Positions 12,351-21,300 of a stretch of DNA of 25,590 nt are shown here, one piece after another. Within the stretch, counting starts at the first letter, position 1. Each line of letters starts with the position of its first letter. Location of the stretch: positions 1 to 25,590 of the forward strand of contig JAZGDQ010000107.1 of assembly GCA_036477985.1 (NCBI GenBank). The letters run 5' to 3'. The notes beneath the pieces are model-generated. The model ran no database searches. It saw nothing but the letters and a program-made list of their open reading frames with translations, and was not told where the DNA came from. The position numbers were made by a program, and so were the translations under genes. This DNA comes from a bacterium (GTDB lineage Bacteria > UBA8248).

Positions 12351-13792
12351 TGCCAGCCGACGGGGACCATTTCCACGAGGAGTGCGCCGTTTTCGGGATA
12401 TACGGGCATCCCGAGGCGGCGAACATGACCTACCTGGGCCTCTACTCCCTCCAGCACCGCGGGCAGGAGAGCACGGGGATCGTCGCCTCCGACGGGGCGC
12501 ACGTCCACGCCGAGGTGGGGATGGGCCTGGTGGCCGACATCTTCCACGAGGAGCGCCTCTCGAAGCTCCCGGGCCACATCGCCATCGGCCACAACCGCTA
12601 TTCGACGGCCGGGCAATCCTCCATCGCCAACGCCCAGCCCTTCCTCGTCGACCACTCCCGGGGGATCATCGCCCTGGGCCACAACGGGAACCTCGTCAAC
12701 GCCCCCCTCCTGCGGCAGAAGCTCGAGGCGAGCGGCTCGATCTTCCGGAGCACCAGCGACAGCGAGGTGATCCTCCACCTCATCGCCCGCTCCCAGGAGA
12801 CCGAGGCCGAAGCCGCCATCGTGGACGCCCTGCGCCGCCTCGAAGGGGCCTTCACCCTCACCATGATGACGAGCGACACCCTCATCGGGGTGCGCGATTC
12901 GAAGGGCTTCCGCCCCCTCGTCCTCGGCCGGATGGAGGGGAACAACGGCCGCCCCGTCTGGGTCCTCGCGAGCGAGACGTGCGCCCTCGACCTCATCGAG
13001 GCCACCTTCGTGCGCGAGGTCGAGCCGGGGGAGATGCTCGTCATCGACCGCGCCGGGGTGCGCAGCCTGCGGCCCTTCCCCCCGACCGCGCCGGCCAAGT
13101 GCATCTTCGAATTCGTCTACTTCGCCCGCCCCGACAGCCTCATCTTCGGCGAGAACGTCTACACCGTCCGCCGCAAGCTGGGCGTGCGCCTCGCCCAGGA
13201 GAGCGGGGTCGAGGCCGACATCGTGATTCCGGTGCCCGACTCCGGACTGGCGGCGGCGGTGGGCTACTCGGCCGGCTCGGGCCTCCCCCTCGAGTGGGGC
13301 CTCATCCGCAACCACTACGTGGGCCGAACCTTCATCGAGCCCCAGCAGTCGATCCGCCACTTCGGGGTGAAGGTGAAGCTCAACCCCCTGAAGGATTACC
13401 TCGAGGGCAAGCGCGTCGTCGTCGTGGACGATTCGCTCGTGCGGGGCACCACGAGCCGCAAGATCGTCGAGATGCTCCGCCGCGCCGGCGCCCGCGAGGT
13501 CCACCTGCGGATCAGCTCGCCCCCGATCACCCACCCCTGCTTCTTCGGAATCGACATGCCGACCCACAAGGAGCTGATCGCCTTCTCGAAGACGGCGGAG
13601 GAGACGCGCCGGTTCACCACCGCCGACTCGCTGGCCTACCTCTCCCTGGAGGGGATGCGGAGCTGCGTCGCGCCCCTTGAGGCCGAGTTCTGCAACGCCT
13701 GCTTCACGGGCGAGTACCCGATTCCGGTCGAGCACGTGGACCTTCAGCTCCCCCTCTTCCGCGAGTTGCGCACGAGCGAGCACCGGGCCTGA
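12350..13792 (+). CDS. purF: Amidophosphoribosyltransferase, Bacillus type (11-aa propeptide, Fe-S cysteines)
   Basis: MPADGDHFHEE|CAVFG, LQHRGQES, GHNRYST, HNGNLVN, PRPP loop VVVDDSLVRGTT. Cys in KCIFE, HPCFFG and FCNAC matches the four cluster ligands of B. subtilis-type PurF. Confidence 0.97.
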
Positions 13793-13798
13793 CCGGAC

Positions 13799-13822
13799 CC
13801 GCCCCCGCAGGCGGGGGAGCGG
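13799..13822 (+). terminator. GC-rich hairpin 7 nt after the purF stop; possible terminator or 3'-stabiliser
   Basis: CCCCCG-cagg-CGGGGG, extendable with CCGC/GCGG. No U-tract. Confidence 0.3.
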
Positions 13823-13920
13823 AATCGGGGCATGCGGGTGCGGGATCGAGGGGCCGGGGAGCGTGCTTGGGGCCCAGGGTGAGGGGCCGAAGGTGAAGGG
13901 CCGGGGGGGGAAGGGCCGAA

Positions 13921-13949
13921 TTGACCCCCTCCGGGCGGACTGATATCAT
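13921..13949 (+). promoter_or_regulatory. Sigma70-type promoter for the lytic transglycosylase gene
   Basis: TTGACC, 17-bp spacer ending in TGA (extended TGn), TATCAT at 13944-13949. Confidence 0.7.
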
Positions 13950-14024
13950 CATCGTTGAAACGAAGCGGAAATTCCGCCCTTCTCTCGAGAACGATTGGCT
14001 GACCGGCCGAATCGGTGGGGAGAT

Positions 14025-15551
14025 ATGTCGCCCGCGAGGTGGGTGTTTTTTTTGTGTCTGGCCGCCGCCGCCGCAGGATGCGCAGCCGGTGAGCCGTTCC
14101 AGGCCGGAAAGCCCGGCGCCCCTGCCCTAAAGGCCGGGCCGGCCGCCCCTGCTCCCGAAGTCCTTCAAGCGAAGGCCCCCGGAAAGGGAGCGGAAGAAAC
14201 CGCCCCGGCGAAGCGCACGCTTCCGGCGGCCCGGGAGGCGGAGAAGCCGGCCGGCGCCCCCTCCTCCACCTCCTCCCCCCGCGACATCACCCTTCCCCTG
14301 CCCCTCCCCGAGGAGGGCGAGGGGAGGCTCGAAAAGAGCGCCTCGCCGTCGCGCCTGGGGGAGCCGCCACGCGGCTTCGAGTTCGACATCCCCATCGTCC
14401 GCAACGAGGCGGTCGACCGCTGGATCGATTTCTTCACCGGCCCGGGGCGGACGTGGTTTGCCGAATGGATCCGCCGGGGCGGAAAATACATCGGGCTCTT
14501 CCGCCGGATTCTGAAGGAGGAGAACCTCCCCCAGGACCTCGCCTACCTGGCCCTCATCGAGAGCGGCTTCAGCCTCCGGGCCCGCTCGCGGGCCGGGGCC
14601 GTCGGGCCCTGGCAGTTCATGCCGGCCACGGCGCGGCGCCTGGGCCTCAAGGTCAACCACTACCTGGACGAGCGGCGCAACCCCATGAAGGCGACGCGCA
14701 CGGCGGCGGCCTACCTCACCCTCCTCTACCGCGAATTCGGGGACTGGCACCTCGCCCTGGCCGGCTACAACGCCGGCGAGCGACGGATACGGAGCGCCAT
14801 CCGCCGGACGGGGCGGAAATCCTTCTGGGCGATCGCCCGCACGCGCCTCATCTCGCGCGAGACCCGCAACTACGTGGCCAAATTCCTGGCCGGCCTGATC
14901 ATCGCCAAGCATCCCGAGGTGTTCGGCTTCGCCGGCCTCGACCTCGCCCCTCCCCTGCGCTACGAGACGGTTTCGCTGCCGCGGGGGATGAGCATCCGGA
15001 CCATCGCGCGCCTGGCCGAGGTCCCCGTGGAGGAGCTCTCCGAGCTGAACGCCGAGCTGCGGTGGAGCGTCACCCCCCCGAAGCCGGGCTACCAGTTTCT
15101 CCTCCCGCCGGGGAAGCGCAAGGGATTCCTGGCGCGGCTCGCCAAGGCCCCCAAGGAGCTCTACCTCGTCAGCGGCCGCTACCGGATCCGGCCCGGCGAC
15201 ACCTTCGGCTCCATCGCCGCCCGCTTACGCATCCGCCTCCCGTCGCTCCTCGAGCTGAACGCTCACCTCGACCCGCGCCACCTCCGGATCGGGACCCAGA
15301 TTCTCCTCTCCGCCCCCGGTCCGGCGAAGAGGACGGCCGCGGCCGCCGCCCCCGCCGGGGCGGGGAGAGCGGGGAGCGGGGAAGCGGCGGCGAAAGCGCG
15401 CCAGCCCGTCCACCACGTCGTGGGCTCGGGCGAGAATATCTGGACGATCTCGCGCCGCTACGGCATCTCCATGCAGGACATCCTCAGGATGAACCGCCTC
15501 ACCAAATCGGCGGTCATCTTCCCCGGCGACCGGATCCGCGTCCGGCGCTGA
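14025..15551 (+). CDS. MltD-like lytic transglycosylase lipoprotein (SLT domain + LysM repeats)
   Basis: Signal peptide with an AAGC lipobox, then a Pro/Ala linker. SLT motifs LIESGF (catalytic Glu), GPWQFMPATA, AGYNAGE, ETRNYV. Two clear LysM domains (YRIRPGDTFGSIA; HVVGSGENIWTISRRYG) plus a degenerate one. Confidence 0.9.
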   Translation: MSPARWVFFLCLAAAAAGCAAGEPFQAGKPGAPALKAGPAAPAPEVLQAKAPGKGAEETAPAKRTLPAAREAEKPAGAPSSTSSPRDITLPLPLPEEGEGRLEKSASPSRLGEPPRGFEFDIPIVRNEAVDRWIDFFTGPGRTWFAEWIRRGGKYIGLFRRILKEENLPQDLAYLALIESGFSLRARSRAGAVGPWQFMPATARRLGLKVNHYLDERRNPMKATRTAAAYLTLLYREFGDWHLALAGYNAGERRIRSAIRRTGRKSFWAIARTRLISRETRNYVAKFLAGLIIAKHPEVFGFAGLDLAPPLRYETVSLPRGMSIRTIARLAEVPVEELSELNAELRWSVTPPKPGYQFLLPPGKRKGFLARLAKAPKELYLVSGRYRIRPGDTFGSIAARLRIRLPSLLELNAHLDPRHLRIGTQILLSAPGPAKRTAAAAAPAGAGRAGSGEAAAKARQPVHHVVGSGENIWTISRRYGISMQDILRMNRLTKSAVIFPGDRIRVRR

Positions 15552-15571
15552 TCCCCCTCTTCCCCCCCCGC

Positions 15572-15596
15572 GCCTGGAGCCCCGCAGGCCCTTTTT
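15572..15596 (+). terminator. Weak candidate intrinsic terminator after the transglycosylase gene
   Basis: GCCTG-8 nt-CAGGC followed by CCTTTTT; the stem is only 5 bp. Confidence 0.3.
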
Positions 15597-15649
15597 CCCC
15601 TCCTCTCGCCTTCCCCCGCCGGGAGGCGCGCTTTCTCCATGAGGGATTG

Positions 15650-15678
15650 TTGACACCCCCTGCGCCCCCCCCTAAGAT
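15650..15678 (+). promoter_or_regulatory. Near-consensus sigma70 promoter for bamD-sigma-pgsA-plsY
   Basis: TTGACA (15650-15655), exactly 17 bp, TAAGAT (15673-15678). Confidence 0.8.
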
Positions 15679-15762
15679 TTCCATGGGGAAACTGAAAGGC
15701 CACCTCGGCAGATCCTTTTCCGCATCATCCCGCGGCCGATCACGGAGGCTCCGCTCTTCGAC

Positions 15763-16596
15763 ATGCGCTGCCGGTCCTTTTCATCCCTGTGCCTCCTCCT
15801 CGCCCTGGCGGCGGCGGGCGGCTCCCTTCTCGCAGGCTGCGTCTCCCGCCCCAAGGAAAATGCATCGGCGGGCGAGCTCCTGGTCCTGGGCCAGGAGGAC
15901 CTCAAGGCCGAGCGCTTCGAGAGAGCGCGCGAGGCGTTCAAGCGCATCCTGCGCCTCTATCCCGACAGCAAGCACCGGCGCGACGCCCTCCTCAACCTGG
16001 GGGACTCCTACTTCAAGGCCCAGGAGTACATCGCGGCCAAGGTCCAGTACTCCGAGTTCGTCCAGCTCTATCCCATCAGCCGGAAGACGCCCCGAGCCTA
16101 CTATTATCTCGGCATGTCGGACTTCAACCAGATCCTCGATTTCGACCGCGACCAGGAGAGCGCCCGCGAGTCCCTCAAGAGCTTCAACATCCTGCTCAAG
16201 CGCTTCCCGAAGTCAGACTACGCGGTCGACGGGAAGAAAAAATCCAGGCATCTTCGAAGGCTCATCGCCGCCCACGAGCTTTTCATCGCGCGTTTTTACT
16301 TGAAGCAGGGCTTCCCCGTCTCGGCCATCCCCCGGCTGCGCGAATTCGTGAAGGAGTACCACGACATCCCCGACCTGCGGGCCGAGGCCATGTACTACCT
16401 CGGCGAGGGCTACCGCACCGAGGAGAGCCTGGAGAAGGCCGGCGTCGCCTACCGGAATCTGGTCACCGACCACCCCGACAGCACCTTCGCCAAGGAGGCC
16501 TACGAGCGCCTCCTCGTCCTCACGGGCCGGAACTCGGGTGAATCCTCCTCCGGATTCCGAATCCCCTTCTTTTCGAAGAAACCGGCGCGGCGATGA
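15763..16596 (+). CDS. bamD: Outer membrane protein assembly factor BamD (TPR lipoprotein)
   Basis: Signal peptide with an LAGC lipobox, then TPR-like segments with YP turns, AYYYLGMS and the BamD-typical DRDQ motif, followed by AAHELFIARFY. Confidence 0.88.
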   Translation: MRCRSFSSLCLLLALAAAGGSLLAGCVSRPKENASAGELLVLGQEDLKAERFERAREAFKRILRLYPDSKHRRDALLNLGDSYFKAQEYIAAKVQYSEFVQLYPISRKTPRAYYYLGMSDFNQILDFDRDQESARESLKSFNILLKRFPKSDYAVDGKKKSRHLRRLIAAHELFIARFYLKQGFPVSAIPRLREFVKEYHDIPDLRAEAMYYLGEGYRTEESLEKAGVAYRNLVTDHPDSTFAKEAYERLLVLTGRNSGESSSGFRIPFFSKKPARR

Positions 16597-16606
16597 GGCC
16601 CGCGTA

Positions 16607-17638
16607 ATGCTCGCCAAGAACGAATCCAAGAAGAAGGCGGCGCGGCCGCGGCCCAAAGCCAAGGCCAAGGCCAAGGCCAAGGGCCGCAAGGCCGCCCCGG
16701 CGAAGAAGCCGGCGGTGGCGAAGCGCACATCCCGGGCCGCGGCGAAGGCCTCCGCCGCCGACTCCTCCTCCGCCGCCCGGGCGACCGCGCCCTCCGTCAA
16801 GGAGACCAAGTCCCTTGGCGACGACACCCTGGCCATCTATTTGTCCGATGTCCGCAAATACTCGGTCTTGAGCCGGGAGGAGGAGCACGAGCTCGCCCTC
16901 AAATCCAGGACGGGGGACGAGGACGCCTTCAACCAGCTCGTGCGCGCGAACCTCCGCTACGTGATCAGCGTGGCCAACCGCTACAAGGGCTTCAGCCTCT
17001 CGCTCGAGGACCTGATCAACGAGGGGAACATCGGGCTCATCCACGCCGTCCGCCGCTTCGACCCCGACCGCGGCGTGAAGCTGATCACCTACGCCGTCTG
17101 GTGGATCCGCCAGAGCATCATGCACGCCATCGCCGACCACACCGGCACCGTGCGCCTGCCGATCAAGCAGGCGAGCCTGATCCACAAGATCCGGGCCTCC
17201 TACCAGAAGCTGCGCCAGCGCCTCGACCGGGAGCCGCACTCGGAGGAGCTCGCCCGGAATCTGGACATGAAGTCCGAGGACATCGAGAACGTCATGCGCG
17301 TCTACCGCGGCTACCTCTCGCTCGACGCGCCCATCTCCGACGGGGACGACACGAGCTACCTCGACATGCTCGAGGAGGAGAACGCCGTCTCCGCCGAGGA
17401 GAACCTGTTTCAGCACTCCCTCCAGGAGGAGATCGAGGATCTCCTCCAGGGCCTGGACCCGCGCGAGCGGGAGATCATCCGGATGCGCTTCGGCTTCGAC
17501 GGCGAGCCGATGACGCTGGAGGAAATCGGGCAGAAGATCGGCCTCTCGCGCGAGCGCATCCGCCAGATCGAGAAAAAGGCCATCCGCCGGTTCCGCGCCC
17601 GGGTGCGCAGCAAGACGCTGCTGGACTACCTGAGGTAG
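16607..17638 (+). CDS. RNA polymerase sigma70-family factor (RpoD/RpoS-like; regions 1.2-4) with a basic N-terminal extension
   Basis: Region 1.2 DTLAIYLSDVRKYSVLSREEE; region 2 NLRYVISVA, DLINEGNIGL, TYAVWWIRQ; region 3 TVRLP; region 4 TLEEIG...SRERIRQIE. GAGG lies 8 nt before the ATG. Confidence 0.93.
   Translation: MLAKNESKKKAARPRPKAKAKAKAKGRKAAPAKKPAVAKRTSRAAAKASAADSSSAARATAPSVKETKSLGDDTLAIYLSDVRKYSVLSREEEHELALKSRTGDEDAFNQLVRANLRYVISVANRYKGFSLSLEDLINEGNIGLIHAVRRFDPDRGVKLITYAVWWIRQSIMHAIADHTGTVRLPIKQASLIHKIRASYQKLRQRLDREPHSEELARNLDMKSEDIENVMRVYRGYLSLDAPISDGDDTSYLDMLEEENAVSAEENLFQHSLQEEIEDLLQGLDPREREIIRMRFGFDGEPMTLEEIGQKIGLSRERIRQIEKKAIRRFRARVRSKTLLDYLR
16652..16681 (+). repeat. In-frame hexamer repeat (GCCAAG)x4 encoding AKAKAKAK in the sigma N-terminus
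   Basis: cccaaa gccaag gccaag gccaag gccaag. Confidence 0.9.
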
Positions 17639-17650
17639 GGCGGGATCGGG

Positions 17651-18232
17651 ATGAAATCGAAAGACGCCGCCTCCGAGCCGGCCCCCGCCCTCCTCTCGGG
17701 CGGGCGCAAGCGCCTCCTCACCTTCTCGAACCAGCTCACCATCGCCCGAATCCTCGTGCTCCCCATCTTCGTCCTCATCCTCCTGGAGGGCTCCCCGCGC
17801 GCGCGGGCGGTGGCCGGGGGGCTGTTCGTCCTGGCCGCCTCCACCGATTGGCTCGACGGCTACCTGGCCCGGCGCCGGGCCCAGGTCACCCCTCTGGGGG
17901 AGCTCCTCGACCCGGTGGCGGACAAGCTCCTCATCACGGCGGCCCTCATTCCCCTCGTCTCACTCGGCGAGGTGGACGCCTGGGTGGCGGGCATCATCCT
18001 GGGCCGGGAGTTCCTCGTGACCGCCCTGCGCGCGGTGGCCCTCCAGCGGGGGCGGGTGGTGGCCGCCAGCCGGCTGGGGAAGACGAAGATGAGCCTGGAG
18101 GTGGGGGCCATCATCCTGCTCATCCTGGGCTTCCTCCCCCCGCTGGGGACCGTCCTCATCTGGTCGGCCATGGGGGTGGCCGTCGTCTCCGCCATCGACT
18201 ATTTCCGCCTTCTCCTTCGGGAGCTGACTTGA
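17651..18232 (+). CDS. pgsA: CDP-alcohol phosphatidyltransferase, probably phosphatidylglycerophosphate synthase
   Basis: NQLTIARI, signature DWLDGYLARR...GELLDPVADK, GREFLVTALR, GKTKM. Confidence 0.92.
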   Translation: MKSKDAASEPAPALLSGGRKRLLTFSNQLTIARILVLPIFVLILLEGSPRARAVAGGLFVLAASTDWLDGYLARRRAQVTPLGELLDPVADKLLITAALIPLVSLGEVDAWVAGIILGREFLVTALRAVALQRGRVVAASRLGKTKMSLEVGAIILLILGFLPPLGTVLIWSAMGVAVVSAIDYFRLLLRELT

Positions 18233-18837
18233 TCGCCACCCTCGCCGCCGTCATCCTCATCGGCGCTCTTCTGGGCTCCATCCCCTTCGGCGTCATCATG
18301 TCGAAGCTCTTCGGCCGCCCCGATCCGCGCGAGAAGGGGAGCGGAAACGTGGGGGCGACGAACGTCCTGCGCACGGGAGGGGCGGCGCCCGCCCTCCTCA
18401 CCCTGGCGGGGGACATTCTCAAGGGGGCGGCGGCGGCGGGCGCACTGCCCGGCCTCGCCGGGGCGCCCCCCGGCTCCCTCGCCGCGCCCGCCCTCGCCGG
18501 CCTGGCGGCCGTCCTGGGCCACATGTTCTCCCCCTTCGTGGGCTTCCGGGGGGGAAAGGGCGTGGCCACCGGCCTCGGGGTCCTCGCCCTCCTGATGCCG
18601 GGCCCCACCGCCTGGGCCGCCCTCGTCTTCGCCGCCGCGGCCGGGGCGACCCGCTACGTGTCGGTGGGCTCGATGCTGGGGGCGATCACCATCCCCCTGG
18701 CGGGGGCGCTCGGGGGACACCCCCCGGCGCTCATCGGCGTGGCGGCCCTCATCGCCCTCCTCATCGTATGGCGGCACAAGGAGAACATCGCCCGCCTGCG
18801 GCGCGGGGAGGAGAACCGCATCGGCGCCTCGGCCTGA
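18229..18837 (+). CDS. plsY: Acyl-phosphate:glycerol-3-phosphate acyltransferase
   Basis: Motifs: LGSIPFG, GSGNVGATN, GHMFSPF...GGKGVATG, RYVSVGS, HKENIARL. TTG start overlapping the pgsA stop (TTGA). Confidence 0.93.
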   Translation: MIATLAAVILIGALLGSIPFGVIMSKLFGRPDPREKGSGNVGATNVLRTGGAAPALLTLAGDILKGAAAAGALPGLAGAPPGSLAAPALAGLAAVLGHMFSPFVGFRGGKGVATGLGVLALLMPGPTAWAALVFAAAAGATRYVSVGSMLGAITIPLAGALGGHPPALIGVAALIALLIVWRHKENIARLRRGEENRIGASA

Positions 18838-18897
18838 GGCGAATTCACGGGAACGCTTGGGGGAGCCGCTCACCCTCCCCTTCACCGCGGAGACAGG

Positions 18898-19245
18898 ATG
18901 GTCACCGGTTGTGCGCCGTTTTTCTTGCTCGTCCTGGCGGGCGTCGCCTTCGGGAGCTGGGCCTTCGGGGGCCACACCGCCGCCCGCCTCACCGGGCTCT
19001 CCGTGCTCGCCCTCTCGCTCATCTATTTCGCCCTCTTGAACTGGACGGCGCAGACCCAGCAGAAGCGCCGGCGGGAGGGGGATGGGAAAGGAGAGAGGGA
19101 GGCGCCGAAAACGGAGGAGGAGTCCACGCTCTCGGAGGAGGAAAGGGCCGAGTGGGTTATTTACCTCCGCTCCGAGGGGAGGATCCTTTGGGCGGTGGTG
19201 ACCATCCTCCTCGCCGCCATCCTCTTCCTCATCCTCAGGCGCTGA
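18898..19245 (+). CDS. Hypothetical small membrane protein (about 3 TM helices, charged loop)
   Basis: 115 aa: two N-terminal hydrophobic segments, a K/R/E-rich loop and a C-terminal hydrophobic segment ending RR. GGAG/AGG upstream; GC-rich third codon positions. I recognise no family. Confidence 0.7.
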   Translation: MVTGCAPFFLLVLAGVAFGSWAFGGHTAARLTGLSVLALSLIYFALLNWTAQTQQKRRREGDGKGEREAPKTEEESTLSEEERAEWVIYLRSEGRILWAVVTILLAAILFLILRR

Positions 19246-20065
19246 GGCGGCGGGCCTCCCTCCACCGCTCCAGGAAGCCGAGGAGCTCCCCCGGGGGGCG
19301 GAGCCAAGCCCTCGCCGCCGTCTCGCGCCGCTCGGGCCGCACGAGAACGGCCAGGCCCCTTTCCCCGAGGGCGCGGAAGGCGTCCTCGTCCGTTTCGTCG
19401 TCCCCCAGATAGGCGGCGGCCACGCCCGCCGGCGACTCCTCCAGGAGGGCTTCGACGGCCTCCGCCTTCGAGCGGCCCGGCGCCCGCAGCTCGAGCCCCC
19501 CGTCGAAGGGGAGGAGCTCGAGGCCCGCCGCCCCGGCCACCGGCTCCCAGGCGGCCCGCGCCTCATCGAGGGCGCGCCGCGCCTCCCCGGCCGCGAGGCC
19601 GCGCACGTGGAAGGCGAGAGAGAAGGGCTTCTCCTCCAGCCGGCCGGCGGAGGGGGCGAGCCCGAGGGCCCGGGCCAGGCCCTCCCGCTGGGGCGCGGAG
19701 AGGGGGGCGGAGACAACTTCTTCTCCCTCTCCTCTCCCTCCTCCTCCCCCCCCCGCAAGGCGCCGCTCCCGCCCGTGGGAGGCCCAGATCTCGGGCAGGG
19801 GCGACCACTCCACCAGAGGAAGGATGGAGGCCAGGCTCCGCCCGGTGACGAGGGCCAGGCGGGTCCCTCCCCCCCGGGCGATCTCCTCCAGGAGGGGGCC
19901 GACGCCGGGATAGGGCCGCGCGCGGGCGGGGTCGATGTGAAAGGGCGCCAGCGTGCCGTCGAAGTCGAGCATGAGGAGGGAGGCGGGCGCCGCGCCGAGG
20001 CGGGCGAAAAACTCCGAGAGCGGGGGCGAGGAGACGCCGGAAGCGGGCTCCTCCCCCGGCGTCAC
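19235..20065 (-). CDS. otsB: Trehalose-6-phosphate phosphatase (HAD family IIB)
   Basis: HAD motifs LMLDFDGTL, VTGR, ASHGRE, EEKPFSLAFHVR, ELR...SKAE, YLGDDETDEDAF. GTG at 20065 overlaps the treT stop (GTGA). 276 aa. Confidence 0.88.
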   Translation of the reverse strand: MTPGEEPASGVSSPPLSEFFARLGAAPASLLMLDFDGTLAPFHIDPARARPYPGVGPLLEEIARGGGTRLALVTGRSLASILPLVEWSPLPEIWASHGRERRLAGGGGGGRGEGEEVVSAPLSAPQREGLARALGLAPSAGRLEEKPFSLAFHVRGLAAGEARRALDEARAAWEPVAGAAGLELLPFDGGLELRAPGRSKAEAVEALLEESPAGVAAAYLGDDETDEDAFRALGERGLAVLVRPERRETAARAWLRPPGELLGFLERWREARRLSA

Positions 20066-21300
20066 AACGGAATCACCCTCTTGGAGTTGCCGTGCGTCAG
20101 GCTGAGCATGAGGGTGAGGTATTCGCGGAGGTGGCGCGTGAGGAGGAAGTTGTCGCGCACGAAGGATTGGGCGATCTCCCCCATCCGGGCGCAGCGGCCC
20201 TTGTACTGGAGGAGGTAGCGAATCCGGATGGCCGCCCCCTCGGGGGAGTTCACGAGGAAGCCGGTGTGGAAGTCGTGGACCTGGAGGCGGATTCCGCCCA
20301 CGTCGCCCCCGATGACGGGCCTCGACTTCCACATCCCCTCGGTGACGGTGAGGCCGAACCCCTCCCGGGTGGATTTCTGGATGATGATGGTCGAGGCGCG
20401 CTGGAGGGCGTTGATCGTGCGGTGGGCGTCGGCCGGAAGGTCGAGGATGTGGATGTCCGGGTCGTCGCCCGCCGCCTCGCGCACCTCCTCGAGGACCTGG
20501 GCGCCCTCGGGATCGTCGGCGGCCCCGCCGCCGGCCAGGACGAGCTGGGAGGAGTAGGTCTGCTTCACCAGCTTGAAGGCCTTGATCACCCCGACGGGGT
20601 CCTTGAAGCGGTCGAAGCGGGACACCTGGGTCAGGATGGGCCGATCGAGGTCGAGCCCGAAGCCGCGCGCCGCCTCCTCCACCTCCGAATCGGGGAGGTC
20701 GAAGTTCTTCTCGCTCAGCGGGTCGATGCTGGGCGCGATGAGGAACTGGACGTGGGGCAGGACCCGGGCGAACTGGGGCATCGAGAAGATGCTGGCGTCG
20801 TAGCCCTGCACGAGGGGCTCGAGGAACTTCCACACGGGCCGGTGGGGGCGGCTCGCGTCGATATGGCAGCGCCAGATCCACTTCCCCTTCCGCTTGGGGC
20901 ACAGGCCCAGGAGGGCGGCCGGCTGGGGGTCGTGGATGAAGACGAAATCGGCCTCGGAGAGCTTCTCGCGCAGCTCCTCGGCGTTGCTCCGGTTCACCTC
21001 CTCGTAGGCGGCCGCGTCGGCGGCGTTGAAGTCCTCCTCGAAACCCTGGAGGGCGTTGTGAATCTTCTTGGTGGCCTGGAAGAAGGGAGAGTTCCCCTCG
21101 ATGACCTCCCAGGAGGTGCGCAGCCCGAGCTCGTTCATCAGCGGGACGAGCCAGCTCATGATCTCGGCCACGCCGCCGCCGTAGCGGGTGGAGTTGACGT
21201 GGATGACGGAGCGCCCCTGAAGGCCCCGGGCCAGATCGTGGAGCTGGGAGACGCCCTCGTCGCTGGCCACCTTCGCGTAGGCATCGAGCGAACCCGCCAT
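20062..21300 (-). CDS. treT: TreT-type trehalose glycosyltransferring synthase (GT4)
   Basis: Motifs typical of archaeal and bacterial TreT: HVNSTRYGGGVAEI, TKKIHNALQG, IHDPQP, WRCHID, PSIDPLSEKN, QVSRFDRFKD, QKSTREGFGLTVTE. The ATG at 21300 gives 412 aa. Confidence 0.9.
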   Translation of the reverse strand: MAGSLDAYAKVASDEGVSQLHDLARGLQGRSVIHVNSTRYGGGVAEIMSWLVPLMNELGLRTSWEVIEGNSPFFQATKKIHNALQGFEEDFNAADAAAYEEVNRSNAEELREKLSEADFVFIHDPQPAALLGLCPKRKGKWIWRCHIDASRPHRPVWKFLEPLVQGYDASIFSMPQFARVLPHVQFLIAPSIDPLSEKNFDLPDSEVEEAARGFGLDLDRPILTQVSRFDRFKDPVGVIKAFKLVKQTYSSQLVLAGGGAADDPEGAQVLEEVREAAGDDPDIHILDLPADAHRTINALQRASTIIIQKSTREGFGLTVTEGMWKSRPVIGGDVGGIRLQVHDFHTGFLVNSPEGAAIRIRYLLQYKGRCARMGEIAQSFVRDNFLLTRHLREYLTLMLSLTHGNSKRVIPL

